Below, one piece after another: positions 18,870 to 28,568 of a stretch of 64,000 bases of DNA; the first letter of the stretch is position 1; every line of letters begins with the position of its first letter. Under the pieces are notes generated by a model. It searched no databases and was not told the DNA's origin. It was given only the letters and a program-made list of their open reading frames with translations. This stretch comes from a virus. Lineage: Duplodnaviria > Caudoviricetes. The DNA lies in the IMG/VR virus record IMGVR_UViG_3300036770_008730; one strand, 5' to 3'. The translations under genes and the position numbers were made by a program.

Positions 18870-19832
18870 ATGTTTACTACACTTATTTTTGATGATGAAA
18901 TGTTAGATTTCATTTGTAATTGTCCGAGTAGAAAAATTGCTGAACTTTTACTTGATGGTAATACAGAAAATGGTTTGATTAGTTTACCTGGTAATTTTAT
19001 TAGACGAGAGGATGGTCCCAATGAGATTGATGTTCTTTCATATCTTCCAAAATCAAAACAAATTGATGGTGATCAATCACCGTGGGAAAAGGGAATAGGT
19101 CGAACCAAAATAAGAATAGGTAGATTTTTAAGAAAGTTTTTATCTGAATCATCTATTCAACAATACAACATTTTAGATAAAGACATTGAACAATTTGTTA
19201 ATTTTTACAAATCATATTTCAATAGTTCAACCTCTGATATAAAAATAGTTGAAGGTTCTGAAATTCTAAATCTATACTTAGAAGAAAACTATTATAAACC
19301 AAATGGTCAGAGAAAAGGCACTCTTTGGAATTCCTGTATGAGATACAGAGATAGGAATAAGTTTATGAAATTATATGCTAATAATTCAAATATTAAAATG
19401 GCTGTTCTTTATGAAGATGGTTTAGTAAGAACAAGAGCTCTTTTATGGACTGATGTTAAAGATTCGGACGGCAATGAATACAAAGTTATGGATAGGATTT
19501 ATTCTGTTTATGACCACGATTTTTTACTATTCAAAAAATGGGCACATGAAAATGGGTATCTTCCTAAGTTTCATCAAACTGCAAAATCTGAAAAAGTATT
19601 TGATGTGGCTGGTTTTCCAGTAAATAAAGACTTAGTAGTTAAATTAGAAAACTATGACTTTAGTTATTACCCATATTTAGATACATTTAAATTCTTTAAC
19701 TTTTATAAAGGCACATTTGCGAACTCAACCTACTTTAACTATGATTATGTTCTAGTTCAAAGTAATGGCGGCTTAGAACCAGAACCCGAGCCAGAAGAAC
19801 CAGAATATTATGATGATAATGAATGGAATTAA
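18870..19832 (+). CDS. Conserved phage hypothetical protein (NSCMRY motif)
   Basis: LWNSCMRY, RALLW, MDRIY, YPYLDTF. Confidence 0.65.
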   Translation: MFTTLIFDDEMLDFICNCPSRKIAELLLDGNTENGLISLPGNFIRREDGPNEIDVLSYLPKSKQIDGDQSPWEKGIGRTKIRIGRFLRKFLSESSIQQYNILDKDIEQFVNFYKSYFNSSTSDIKIVEGSEILNLYLEENYYKPNGQRKGTLWNSCMRYRDRNKFMKLYANNSNIKMAVLYEDGLVRTRALLWTDVKDSDGNEYKVMDRIYSVYDHDFLLFKKWAHENGYLPKFHQTAKSEKVFDVAGFPVNKDLVVKLENYDFSYYPYLDTFKFFNFYKGTFANSTYFNYDYVLVQSNGGLEPEPEPEEPEYYDDNEWN

Positions 19833-20842
19833 AGTCCGTTTTGGTATTTTAGTTTTTTATTTTGTTTAAGTATTAAATTTTCTAATAGGTATTCTTTTTT
19901 TCTTTTTTTTATCCAGATATAAAATCTATACGAGTTTTTTATAAAATCACCAAGATAAATATATTTTTCAGTTTCTTTTTTTGCGGATTCTTCGGTAATT
20001 CCTCCTCTTTTCTTCATATGTGATGTGAATTTATTAATAGATTTGAGATTTAAAAGTTTAGTATATATGCCTATATTTTCTTTTCTAAATTCTGAAAAAT
20101 CTTCATATTTATTACATATCTCCCTAATTGAATCATCACTCAATATCAATTTCGAAATCTCATTCATCTCAATTTTTATGTCGAATATTGTTTTTTCATC
20201 AATTTTTTTGAATTTTCCTATGATGTTTAGATTTTCAACCAGCTGTTGTTTTATATCTAACTCATAATTTCTATTTCGTTCTTTTATTTTAATTAATGTT
20301 ATTCCCTTTCTATAACATATATCAACTTTATTAATTTTATCATTCAAGTGCCATGCCTTTCCGTCATATTCGAACGCCAATTTTATCGATGGAAAATAGA
20401 TATCTAATTCATAGGGATTTATTATTTTTCTTGTATTATACATATAGTCATTTCCAAATATTTTTTCTAAAATTTTAGATAAAATAACTTGTGGTGTGCT
20501 TATATTTTTTCTCACCATATGATTGCAAATTGCACCAAGTATTCCCGAAGTTCTAGCGATAGTATAAGCACTTGGATCATTTTGCTGAAAATCAGATCTT
20601 GTTTCATATTTTAATGCAATTTCTTTTAGAAAGTCGAATGTTAAATTTCTTCCCACCATTTTATTTCTTTTTGATATCATTTTAGATTTATGCATTTTTG
20701 ATTTTTTCAATCCCAAACGAAAAGACTTTGATCGTATTGATTTTATTGACTTATTTAAAAATTTTGATAGTTCCAAATCTGTTTTATCTGAATAGTTCAT
20801 TTTAATGTAATCTATTTCTTCACTTGTCCAAAATGTATTCAT
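19829..20842 (-). CDS. Free-standing homing-type nuclease (very-short-patch PD-(D/E)xK core)
   Basis: ELDIYFP...LAFEYDGKAWH core flanked by helical DNA-binding repeats. Confidence 0.7.
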   Translation of the reverse strand: MNTFWTSEEIDYIKMNYSDKTDLELSKFLNKSIKSIRSKSFRLGLKKSKMHKSKMISKRNKMVGRNLTFDFLKEIALKYETRSDFQQNDPSAYTIARTSGILGAICNHMVRKNISTPQVILSKILEKIFGNDYMYNTRKIINPYELDIYFPSIKLAFEYDGKAWHLNDKINKVDICYRKGITLIKIKERNRNYELDIKQQLVENLNIIGKFKKIDEKTIFDIKIEMNEISKLILSDDSIREICNKYEDFSEFRKENIGIYTKLLNLKSINKFTSHMKKRGGITEESAKKETEKYIYLGDFIKNSYRFYIWIKKRKKEYLLENLILKQNKKLKYQNGL

Positions 20843-20925
20843 TTTTGTTTTTTCTTTTATATATTAAAAAAGAAAACCGAAAAACTCGCCAATGTTTAAT
20901 TTATTATATAAAAGAAAAAAGTATT

Positions 20926-21684
20926 ATGGGCAGTCGAGAAAAAAATAAAATAAATAAAGAAATTACCGAGGGTATTTCTGATTATCGAAAAAGTAAGATA
21001 ATTAAAAGAAGCTCTTTAACAAGAGAATTCTTTCAGAATACTTCAAAATCGATTATTTTAAGTGATAAACAAAATGAACTTTATAAGAGTATTAGAAATA
21101 ATATTTTGACTGTAGTTCATGGACCTGCTGGAACAAGTAAAACTTTTACAAGTTGTTATGCTGCTCTTGCCTTACTAGCTGATAAAAAAATAGAACAGAT
21201 AATAATCACTAAACCAAATATAGAGAGTGGACCTTCTTTAGGTCTCTTACCTGGAACCATAGAGGAAAAAATAGATCCGTATAAACAATCCTATTACACA
21301 AATTTTTGTAAAATATTAGATAAACAGACAATAGATTTTCTATTTGCCACAGAAGAAATAAAGTTTGAACCATTGTCCTATATGAGGGGATCCACATATG
21401 ACAATTGTTTGATGTTACTTGATGAGTGTCAGAATTCTTCTATATCACAGCTCATGCTTTGGAGTACTAGATTGGGTAAAAATTCGAAGGCTGTGATGAT
21501 GGGTGATACATCACAATATGATGTTAAGAAAAAAGATTCCGGATATGTTGATTTCATTAAAATGACGGAAGAAATGGAAAATCTATACATTTTTCAATTT
21601 CAGAATGAGGATATCGTTAGAAACAAATTTTTAATTGAATTGACGAATCGATATGATAAATATCGATTCGAAAATGAGAAATAA
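20926..21684 (+). CDS. phoH: PhoH-like ATPase
   Basis: GPAGTSKT, LGLLPGTIEEKIDPY, YMRG, LLDECQN, R(L)GKNSK, GDTSQYD. Confidence 0.92.
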   Translation: MGSREKNKINKEITEGISDYRKSKIIKRSSLTREFFQNTSKSIILSDKQNELYKSIRNNILTVVHGPAGTSKTFTSCYAALALLADKKIEQIIITKPNIESGPSLGLLPGTIEEKIDPYKQSYYTNFCKILDKQTIDFLFATEEIKFEPLSYMRGSTYDNCLMLLDECQNSSISQLMLWSTRLGKNSKAVMMGDTSQYDVKKKDSGYVDFIKMTEEMENLYIFQFQNEDIVRNKFLIELTNRYDKYRFENEK

Positions 21685-21736
21685 GTTGTTGTATATCATA
21701 AGTTTTAATATATAAACATAAATTGATTTTACAACA

Positions 21737-21952
21737 GTGAAGTCTGAAGATGATTTGATTTATGACTTAATTTTCTCAGAAAAGTCAACCTTCAATATAG
21801 ATATCTCCGAATATATTGTGGATATCTATGAGTATGAAGATTTTGTTGACCATTTAAGAAATATTCTAAAGAAGTCAAAAGTTAAAATATTAAAAAGTTC
21901 GGTTATTGTTGATAGTAAAACAGTTGTTTGGGATTTAAAAGTAAAAAAATAA
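21737..21952 (+). CDS. Hypothetical protein
   Basis: ORF behind an AATATATA box, coupled to the next gene. Confidence 0.55.
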   Translation: MKSEDDLIYDLIFSEKSTFNIDISEYIVDIYEYEDFVDHLRNILKKSKVKILKSSVIVDSKTVVWDLKVKK

Positions 21953-21955
21953 ATT

Positions 21956-24900
21956 ATGTGGAATTATAGTACTGATTTTAATAAGTGGTTTAGTTATAAA
22001 GATGAACTAACACTAGATAATTATAATTTTTATAAACAAGAGTTACAATCGGTAAGATTTTATTCTAAATGTCTCAGTGGTGCGACTTATCTTCCTGTAG
22101 TTGATACAGATAATATTTACGACATATTGAGTAGTTATCAGCCAAGAAATTGGTATGTTAGTTTTGATGGCTCTCCATATACAAATACATTGATTCCTTC
22201 TCAATTTGCAAATCCTATAAATGCAACATCTTCATATGATTTTTATCAAAGAAGTTTAGCTGAATATGGTTTGACTTTAAAGAATCATTTCACACCGAGA
22301 AGGATAATAAAAGAATCAGCTAATAACTACATTGAGGTTGATGTTTCAACCACAACACAAATAGATTTAAATTTACCTATTTCAGTTATAGATAATGTTG
22401 CTTTGGTTACTGGACATAAAGTTTTAGTAAAAGACCAACAGAGTACTATTGTGTTGCTTAACACAGAAAATCCAAATGATTTTATACCTGGAACTTTTTC
22501 AGTTTTAGAAAGCTTTGGAGCTACTATAGAATATATTTTTTATGATAGTTCTAATGGAATTTATGAGTTTGATGGTACTAATTTAGTAAAACTTGACATA
22601 CTTGATGATTATCAGAATTGTGTAAGACTAAGTATTCTTGTGAAGTTGGGTGATACCAACAAAGAAAAGCAATTTCATCTATCAAGACTTAGAAATGGAT
22701 ATTTTCCAACCTCATTTAAACAGGAACCTATGCAATTTGTTGAGAAAAAAAATTGGTTACTAAGAAATAGAGTCGATTATAATAATCTTTTTGAAATAAA
22801 TTATTATGATGTTGTTAAATACTCTACACAGTCATATTATTTAGATGGTGTTACCTATAGCATACCAACAAGAACTATTGCAATTGGAGAATTTGGAATA
22901 ATATTAAATACTCAAGATGGAGTTTCTAATATCATAAATAATAAGTATAAAGTAAATCTTAGGTCTATATCTCAGACAGAAAAATACTACTGGATATGTG
23001 GAGATGATGGAATTCTACTTAGAGTAAGAAAACATGATTTTACAATAGAAAGGATAGAAGTGGATTGTCAGTGTCCAAGAAATTTGATTACAACTGATTT
23101 ATATTCTATTTCTTTCTTTAATGACTTGAAAGGAGTAGCGGTAGGTGAGCTTAATACAGTTTTAATTACTAAAAATGGAGGAACAATTTGGGAAAGACTC
23201 AGAATTCCTGATTTTGATGCTTTTACATTTAAACAAGCATTGTATTACTCATTAAATTCATTCTTTGTTGCTGGTAATAATGGTATATTCTTAGAGTTTA
23301 TAGAAGATATATCAGGATGGAATGCCGTCAGAAGAAGAATATCGAGATTCATAGATGATGATGATGAGTATGTATTAGTAGATAATATAAATCAGATTTT
23401 TAGAACAACTATTAATACCTGGGGCCTAAGTTATTCTTACTCTACACAAAGCACAATTGGTAGTAAAGATTTACTTTTTATTGTAGCAGATGATAGTAAA
23501 ATAATAGCATATGATATAAATGAAAGTATACCAGATCAAACATTTCTATACATTGATTTTCCAAGTCAATATGGTGATATAAAAACCATAACAAGAAAAA
23601 ATAACACAAATATTTTTTATTTTACTGGTTCTGATCCTTCTAATGATTATGATGCGATATATTCCTTTGATTTGTCAAATCACTTATACATAGGAGTTGG
23701 TAACTCATATTCAAATACCATCATTGGTATTACTCCATCAACTGAGGCTATTGATATTAGTCCGAATAAAATTTTTGATTACGAGTCTCAGAATTTTTTA
23801 TTATGTGGTAATAACTCATTATTATTGAGCTCATCTTATAGTGTTTTAAATTTAGAACTATTGGACTCGGAATTTGAATCTAAATTAAAATCAAAGATGT
23901 TATTTTTAGATTACGATATTGGATCAAAATTATCTTTTTTTACTGATTTTGGTGAATACCGATTGCCTAATTCTACAACATTTAGTTCACTTTCATTTTC
24001 TTCTGCAAGTAGTTTAATATTTTCTCCTATAATTTATTCAGCAGCTACTCCTAGTTTTTTGACTCAATCAGAGACTAACTGGTTTACATATTGGCAAGAT
24101 GTTAATAAAACATTCGAGTATTATTCTATCACACCAATGTCTGAATCTACAAAAGTTTTAATATCAACTACATTTTCATTTACTGGAATTACTTCTTCTT
24201 ACATAATAAGTCCTACTAATAGTGGTACTTGGTCGACTGCTACTTCAAGTATACTTAGTTTGGCACCGACTATTGCTAATCCAACAAGTTCTATAATCGC
24301 CTATAGTAGATTTGATGGTAATGGACTTACTCCTATAACTGCTCCTACTGCAAGTTTTGATTTCTATTTATGTGATTATATGATGATTGCACGATTTATA
24401 TCTGGTGGATTTTCAGTTGAAGTAGGTGATTTGATATATTTCCAGAGTTCTGTTGTTGATGCTAAATTATTAGTAAATAGAATAGAGACCTTCTCAGGAT
24501 TTGATTATGTTTATATGTTCAATAGTTTTAATGGTCAAATGATTAATGAAATTTCTGGTACTACTCATTCTATTAGCTTTACCAACTTAAATAGGTATAG
24601 CAATCTAAATGAACTAGTGATTAGATTTCAAGAACATCCAATATCAAACGGATATAAACTAGAGTCATTCACATCTTCAAATATTGTAGAAATATCAGCT
24701 TTGTTTAATAATCGAACAGCCTATTATAACTTAGCCACTAATGTAGAGTTGACAGGTGATTTTAAAACAATGTCATATACATCTGGATTTTTAAATTTTG
24801 GTTATACACCAACTTACAATCTTTTAGATTATTTAGAAAATATAAATGATAAAACAAGTCTGAATCCTACGTTTTTTGCAGATAAAGAATTTTATTCAAT

Positions 24901-27115
24901 GCCTGAATTTATTGCTATTCCACTTCAAGGAGTTGGAAATTTTACTTCTGATATATGTTATATTGATTATAATGGTATAACCTATTCTCAGACAACCGGA
25001 AATACAATATATTTTGGATTAAATAGAAAATTAGAATGGGAAAGTCTACTAATAAATACATTTGTTGATGTGACATTATATCACACAACAACTTGGGGAA
25101 CTTCTCCTTATTTAACAGAAAGGCTATTAATAACGAATAAGTACTATAAATCTGATGAGGGTTATTATGTAATTGAATTTCATAAGAATTTTAATTTTAA
25201 CTTGACTTTTCCTCTTTACTATGTTGATATTAGAAGTCGTAGAAAACTATGGGAGATAAGTTCTGATTTACAAGAACTTAACAATATACAAAGACCTCGA
25301 TTACAAAAAAGAAATCTTTTCTTGGGTAGTGAATTTACTAACTATGAAAGAGAGTTAAATTATAAAATAAACACGGATTCTTATGCTAAGGTTTTATTGT
25401 CAGATGTTGATGTTGTAAAAAATCTCAGTGCTGTAATCTATACCGATTATAAGAACGAGTTATCCATGAATATAACAAATCTTGGAAAAGATTATAATAT
25501 ACCTATATTAAACACATCTAATTTTGCTGGTCAGTTATTTATAACTTGTGGTGAAAAACATGAATTAACTAATGGAGAAGGTGTGGTTTTAGAATTTAAT
25601 GGAGGTACTGGCTCATCACAGGAACTTAATCAACAATATTTTGGTTATTTTCCAGTTAATGTTGTTTCTGATTATAACTTTACAATAACAATGCCTTTCG
25701 GTACAACTCCAATTGTTGGTAATGATTCTGGTTTTGTAAAATACTCTAAGAAAGATCCATTTTTAAATTATCAACCAGTTGATGTTATTGATTTGGGTAT
25801 CGACAAGAGAGGAAAACAGTCTGTAGAATTAAAGATTGAAAATGTTGTCTTACAAGATAACAAATTTAGACTTAGTGGTGTTGATTTTACAAAATATAGA
25901 TTTAGACTTGTTGATTTATTGAATGTCGAAACTCTATCTGAAAAATATCCTTGGATACTTGAGGCTGAAATTTCAGATGCTATTTTAGGACAAGATAGTA
26001 ATGGTTTGGTTTGGTATAAGGGAACTTGGGAATGTGGTAGATGGTTCGGTGGAACTTGGATATCAGGTGCTTGGATATCAGGTGATTGGTATACTGGATT
26101 ATGGAGGTCATTGACAATTAATGACAAAATTTTATCAGTTGAAATAGATGAAAAATCATCAAATACTTTGAGTTCTACTTGGTTTGGTGGAAGATGGTAT
26201 GACGGAACATGGCAAAATGGATTGTGGGTAGATGGTAGATGGTATGGTGGTACCTGGACTGATGGTCTATGGTATAACGGAATTTGGAATGATGGAAATT
26301 GGCTCAATGGAAGTTTCACCGGGGGTGTTTGGATTTTAGGAAATTGGGATAATGGAATATTCAATTGTGATAATAATCCAGCTTATTGGTTAGATGGTAA
26401 GTGGTTCGGAGGTGATTTTGAAAATGGTATGTGGTACAATGGTTTATTTGATGAGAAAGATCTTAATAATCAACGATTGATTGTTCCAAAAAAATCAAGA
26501 TTTGGAACAAAATCATACAATAGTAGAACTTCGACTTGGCATGGTGGTAAATGGGCACGAGGTAGTTTTTATTCAAGTATTAATATAAATGATGATGGTA
26601 AAGAAGATGTTAGTGATGTTCATAAATACTCGATATGGTATACTGGTCAGTGGTTAAGTGGCAATTGGTATGGTGGTATAGCTTATAATATTGATTTCAA
26701 GTCGGGAACTTGGCATGGTGGTATTTTAGATGATATTCAAATAATAGGAATGGATAGCACTGATAATTACTTTATTGCTAATGGTATTTTTAAATTTAAT
26801 ATTGGTGATGAAATTACTGTGACTGATAACAGACTTGATTCACCATTGGGTAGCTCCTATGGAACTAATTTTATACCAAAAAGATATACTGTGCTTTATA
26901 CAGTAGAAGATACTCTAAATAAATGGACAAAGATTTATGTTTCTTCAAACATAGTTGATAATGTTACAGCACCTACTTATACTGGATTATGGATAGTAAG
27001 TAGATTTAAAAATGCCAATTGGAAATCCGGAATTTGGACTAATGGTGTTTATGAGTCTGGCAATTGGGAGGGTGGTATTTGGTATAATGGTATATTTGAA
27101 GCAACTTGGATGTAA
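21956..27115 (+). CDS. Large virion protein (fibre-type N-terminal motif, BNR/Ycf48-like propeller, Trp-rich GxWxx repeats)
   Basis: 1719 aa. TTTQIDL..IDNV...GHKVLVKDQ..NGIY; GDDGILL/GELNTVLITKNGGTIWE; many G-x-W-x-x units in the C-terminal part. Confidence 0.6.
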   Translation: MWNYSTDFNKWFSYKDELTLDNYNFYKQELQSVRFYSKCLSGATYLPVVDTDNIYDILSSYQPRNWYVSFDGSPYTNTLIPSQFANPINATSSYDFYQRSLAEYGLTLKNHFTPRRIIKESANNYIEVDVSTTTQIDLNLPISVIDNVALVTGHKVLVKDQQSTIVLLNTENPNDFIPGTFSVLESFGATIEYIFYDSSNGIYEFDGTNLVKLDILDDYQNCVRLSILVKLGDTNKEKQFHLSRLRNGYFPTSFKQEPMQFVEKKNWLLRNRVDYNNLFEINYYDVVKYSTQSYYLDGVTYSIPTRTIAIGEFGIILNTQDGVSNIINNKYKVNLRSISQTEKYYWICGDDGILLRVRKHDFTIERIEVDCQCPRNLITTDLYSISFFNDLKGVAVGELNTVLITKNGGTIWERLRIPDFDAFTFKQALYYSLNSFFVAGNNGIFLEFIEDISGWNAVRRRISRFIDDDDEYVLVDNINQIFRTTINTWGLSYSYSTQSTIGSKDLLFIVADDSKIIAYDINESIPDQTFLYIDFPSQYGDIKTITRKNNTNIFYFTGSDPSNDYDAIYSFDLSNHLYIGVGNSYSNTIIGITPSTEAIDISPNKIFDYESQNFLLCGNNSLLLSSSYSVLNLELLDSEFESKLKSKMLFLDYDIGSKLSFFTDFGEYRLPNSTTFSSLSFSSASSLIFSPIIYSAATPSFLTQSETNWFTYWQDVNKTFEYYSITPMSESTKVLISTTFSFTGITSSYIISPTNSGTWSTATSSILSLAPTIANPTSSIIAYSRFDGNGLTPITAPTASFDFYLCDYMMIARFISGGFSVEVGDLIYFQSSVVDAKLLVNRIETFSGFDYVYMFNSFNGQMINEISGTTHSISFTNLNRYSNLNELVIRFQEHPISNGYKLESFTSSNIVEISALFNNRTAYYNLATNVELTGDFKTMSYTSGFLNFGYTPTYNLLDYLENINDKTSLNPTFFADKEFYSMPEFIAIPLQGVGNFTSDICYIDYNGITYSQTTGNTIYFGLNRKLEWESLLINTFVDVTLYHTTTWGTSPYLTERLLITNKYYKSDEGYYVIEFHKNFNFNLTFPLYYVDIRSRRKLWEISSDLQELNNIQRPRLQKRNLFLGSEFTNYERELNYKINTDSYAKVLLSDVDVVKNLSAVIYTDYKNELSMNITNLGKDYNIPILNTSNFAGQLFITCGEKHELTNGEGVVLEFNGGTGSSQELNQQYFGYFPVNVVSDYNFTITMPFGTTPIVGNDSGFVKYSKKDPFLNYQPVDVIDLGIDKRGKQSVELKIENVVLQDNKFRLSGVDFTKYRFRLVDLLNVETLSEKYPWILEAEISDAILGQDSNGLVWYKGTWECGRWFGGTWISGAWISGDWYTGLWRSLTINDKILSVEIDEKSSNTLSSTWFGGRWYDGTWQNGLWVDGRWYGGTWTDGLWYNGIWNDGNWLNGSFTGGVWILGNWDNGIFNCDNNPAYWLDGKWFGGDFENGMWYNGLFDEKDLNNQRLIVPKKSRFGTKSYNSRTSTWHGGKWARGSFYSSININDDGKEDVSDVHKYSIWYTGQWLSGNWYGGIAYNIDFKSGTWHGGILDDIQIIGMDSTDNYFIANGIFKFNIGDEITVTDNRLDSPLGSSYGTNFIPKRYTVLYTVEDTLNKWTKIYVSSNIVDNVTAPTYTGLWIVSRFKNANWKSGIWTNGVYESGNWEGGIWYNGIFEATWM

Positions 27116-27147
27116 AATTTGGTTTTCATAAAAAAATATATATCTAT

Positions 27148-27645
27148 ATGAAAAAGTTTAGCCAAATAGAAAGCCAAAATGAAGGTCTTAAAGAAAAGAT
27201 AGTTAGTGGTTTAGCTGGACTATCTATGTTAGTTTCCTCTTGTCAATCAATAACACCTGAAGAAAAACAAAGATTACAGACTGAGATTGAACATCTTAAT
27301 CAACAGCAGGATCATGATAAGAAAATGGTTAATTACTATGATGCTCAATCTAAAGATAGAATGTCGAAGGTTAGAGAACTTGAAGATGAAATAGGTGAGT
27401 TAGAAAAGAAATTAGGAATTCTAAAAACTGGAAAAAAACCTAAATTTATACTAAAGCTTCACCTTGAAGAAGGTGGATTGGACAATATTGGAAATTTTGA
27501 TAGATTACAATTTGATATTGAAATCCCTGTTGATGAAGAATATTTTAAAAAGTGTAAAGTTGGTGAGGAGCTAGCAAAAGATGTTAGACTTACAAACATA
27601 TTTCAAAACTGTAATCTGACTGTTGAAGATAAAAGAATGGAATAA
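27148..27645 (+). CDS. Putative lipoprotein, coiled-coil, with leader MKKFSQIESQNE
   Basis: IVSGLAGLSMLVSS-C lipobox-like segment; AATATATA box 6 nt upstream. Confidence 0.55.
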   Translation: MKKFSQIESQNEGLKEKIVSGLAGLSMLVSSCQSITPEEKQRLQTEIEHLNQQQDHDKKMVNYYDAQSKDRMSKVRELEDEIGELEKKLGILKTGKKPKFILKLHLEEGGLDNIGNFDRLQFDIEIPVDEEYFKKCKVGEELAKDVRLTNIFQNCNLTVEDKRME

Positions 27646-27649
27646 CTCT

Positions 27650-28039
27650 ATGATAAAAAGATATTTAAATTTTATAGTTGAGGCTGATGAGGTTAACGTT
27701 GATAAATTGGAAACCGATCAATCTTCTTCATCCGATTTTATCGAGGTTAAGGATGAATTAATGTCGATGATTGAAGAAACTGCAAAAAAACAAAAACAAG
27801 AACCAAATTCATTTTTGAAAGAATTTCTAAAAAATCCAAAAGATGTTAAGATAGACGGTCTAGTAACAGATTCTGATGTATTTGAATTTTATAAAAAATG
27901 GGGAAATGATATTGATGAAATTTTGAATAAGATAAAATTTTTCAATGAAAGACCAAGTGATTTGAATGCAATAGGTTTATATAAATATCTAATAATTGCA
28001 ACCGAAAAGGCTATAGTAGAATTCCTAAAAACAAAATAA
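27650..28039 (+). CDS. Hypothetical protein with MIKRYLNFIVE leader
   Basis: Leader motif; start at the second Met. Confidence 0.6.
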   Translation: MIKRYLNFIVEADEVNVDKLETDQSSSSDFIEVKDELMSMIEETAKKQKQEPNSFLKEFLKNPKDVKIDGLVTDSDVFEFYKKWGNDIDEILNKIKFFNERPSDLNAIGLYKYLIIATEKAIVEFLKTK

Positions 28040-28486
28040 TCATTTCATTAAATATTGTAAGATATCGAAATGTATATGAAAGTGATTTATTATTAATAAA
28101 ATATAAGTTGAGACTTTAACGACTAAAAATGAAATTGATAATATTTTTATCAAAATATTATATCTTATGGATTTTGTAGATAGATTTATTATTAGCGAAC
28201 ATATCAAAATTGCTAAATAGACATACCAAGATTTAGTTAAAAGACCACCAAATAAAAGAAATAACTCTAAAAAATTTATAATTCTATAAGCGGAAAGTGA
28301 ATTGTATTCTTCTTCTTCTCTAAAGTCTTCTTTATTGGCTTTTTTACCTGTAACCTTCTCATATTTGTCAAACCATTCTTCAATATTTTTAATTGAAAAA
28401 AATTTTGAAATTATGCCTAAAAGTAAAAAAGATGTAAAAAGTGCGTATATGTAAAATACATGTCCCATTGGTCTGTTATATACCAA
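28040..28486 (-). CDS. Multi-pass membrane protein
   Basis: Three to four hydrophobic segments. Confidence 0.6.
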   Translation of the reverse strand: MVYNRPMGHVFYIYALFTSFLLLGIISKFFSIKNIEEWFDKYEKVTGKKANKEDFREEEEYNSLSAYRIINFLELFLLFGGLLTKSWYVYLAILICSLIINLSTKSIRYNILIKILSISFLVVKVSTYILLIINHFHIHFDILQYLMK

Positions 28487-28568
28487 TAATTTTTTTTGTT
28501 TAATTTTTTAAAAGTAAACAGAAAGTGTTTTTTAATATATATAGTTAATAAAATTATTTTTATTTTTA

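Noticed and set aside
25771-26364. 197-aa Pro/His-rich antisense ORF
   Set aside because: Reverse-complement artefact of the Trp/Gly (TGG/GGT) repeats.
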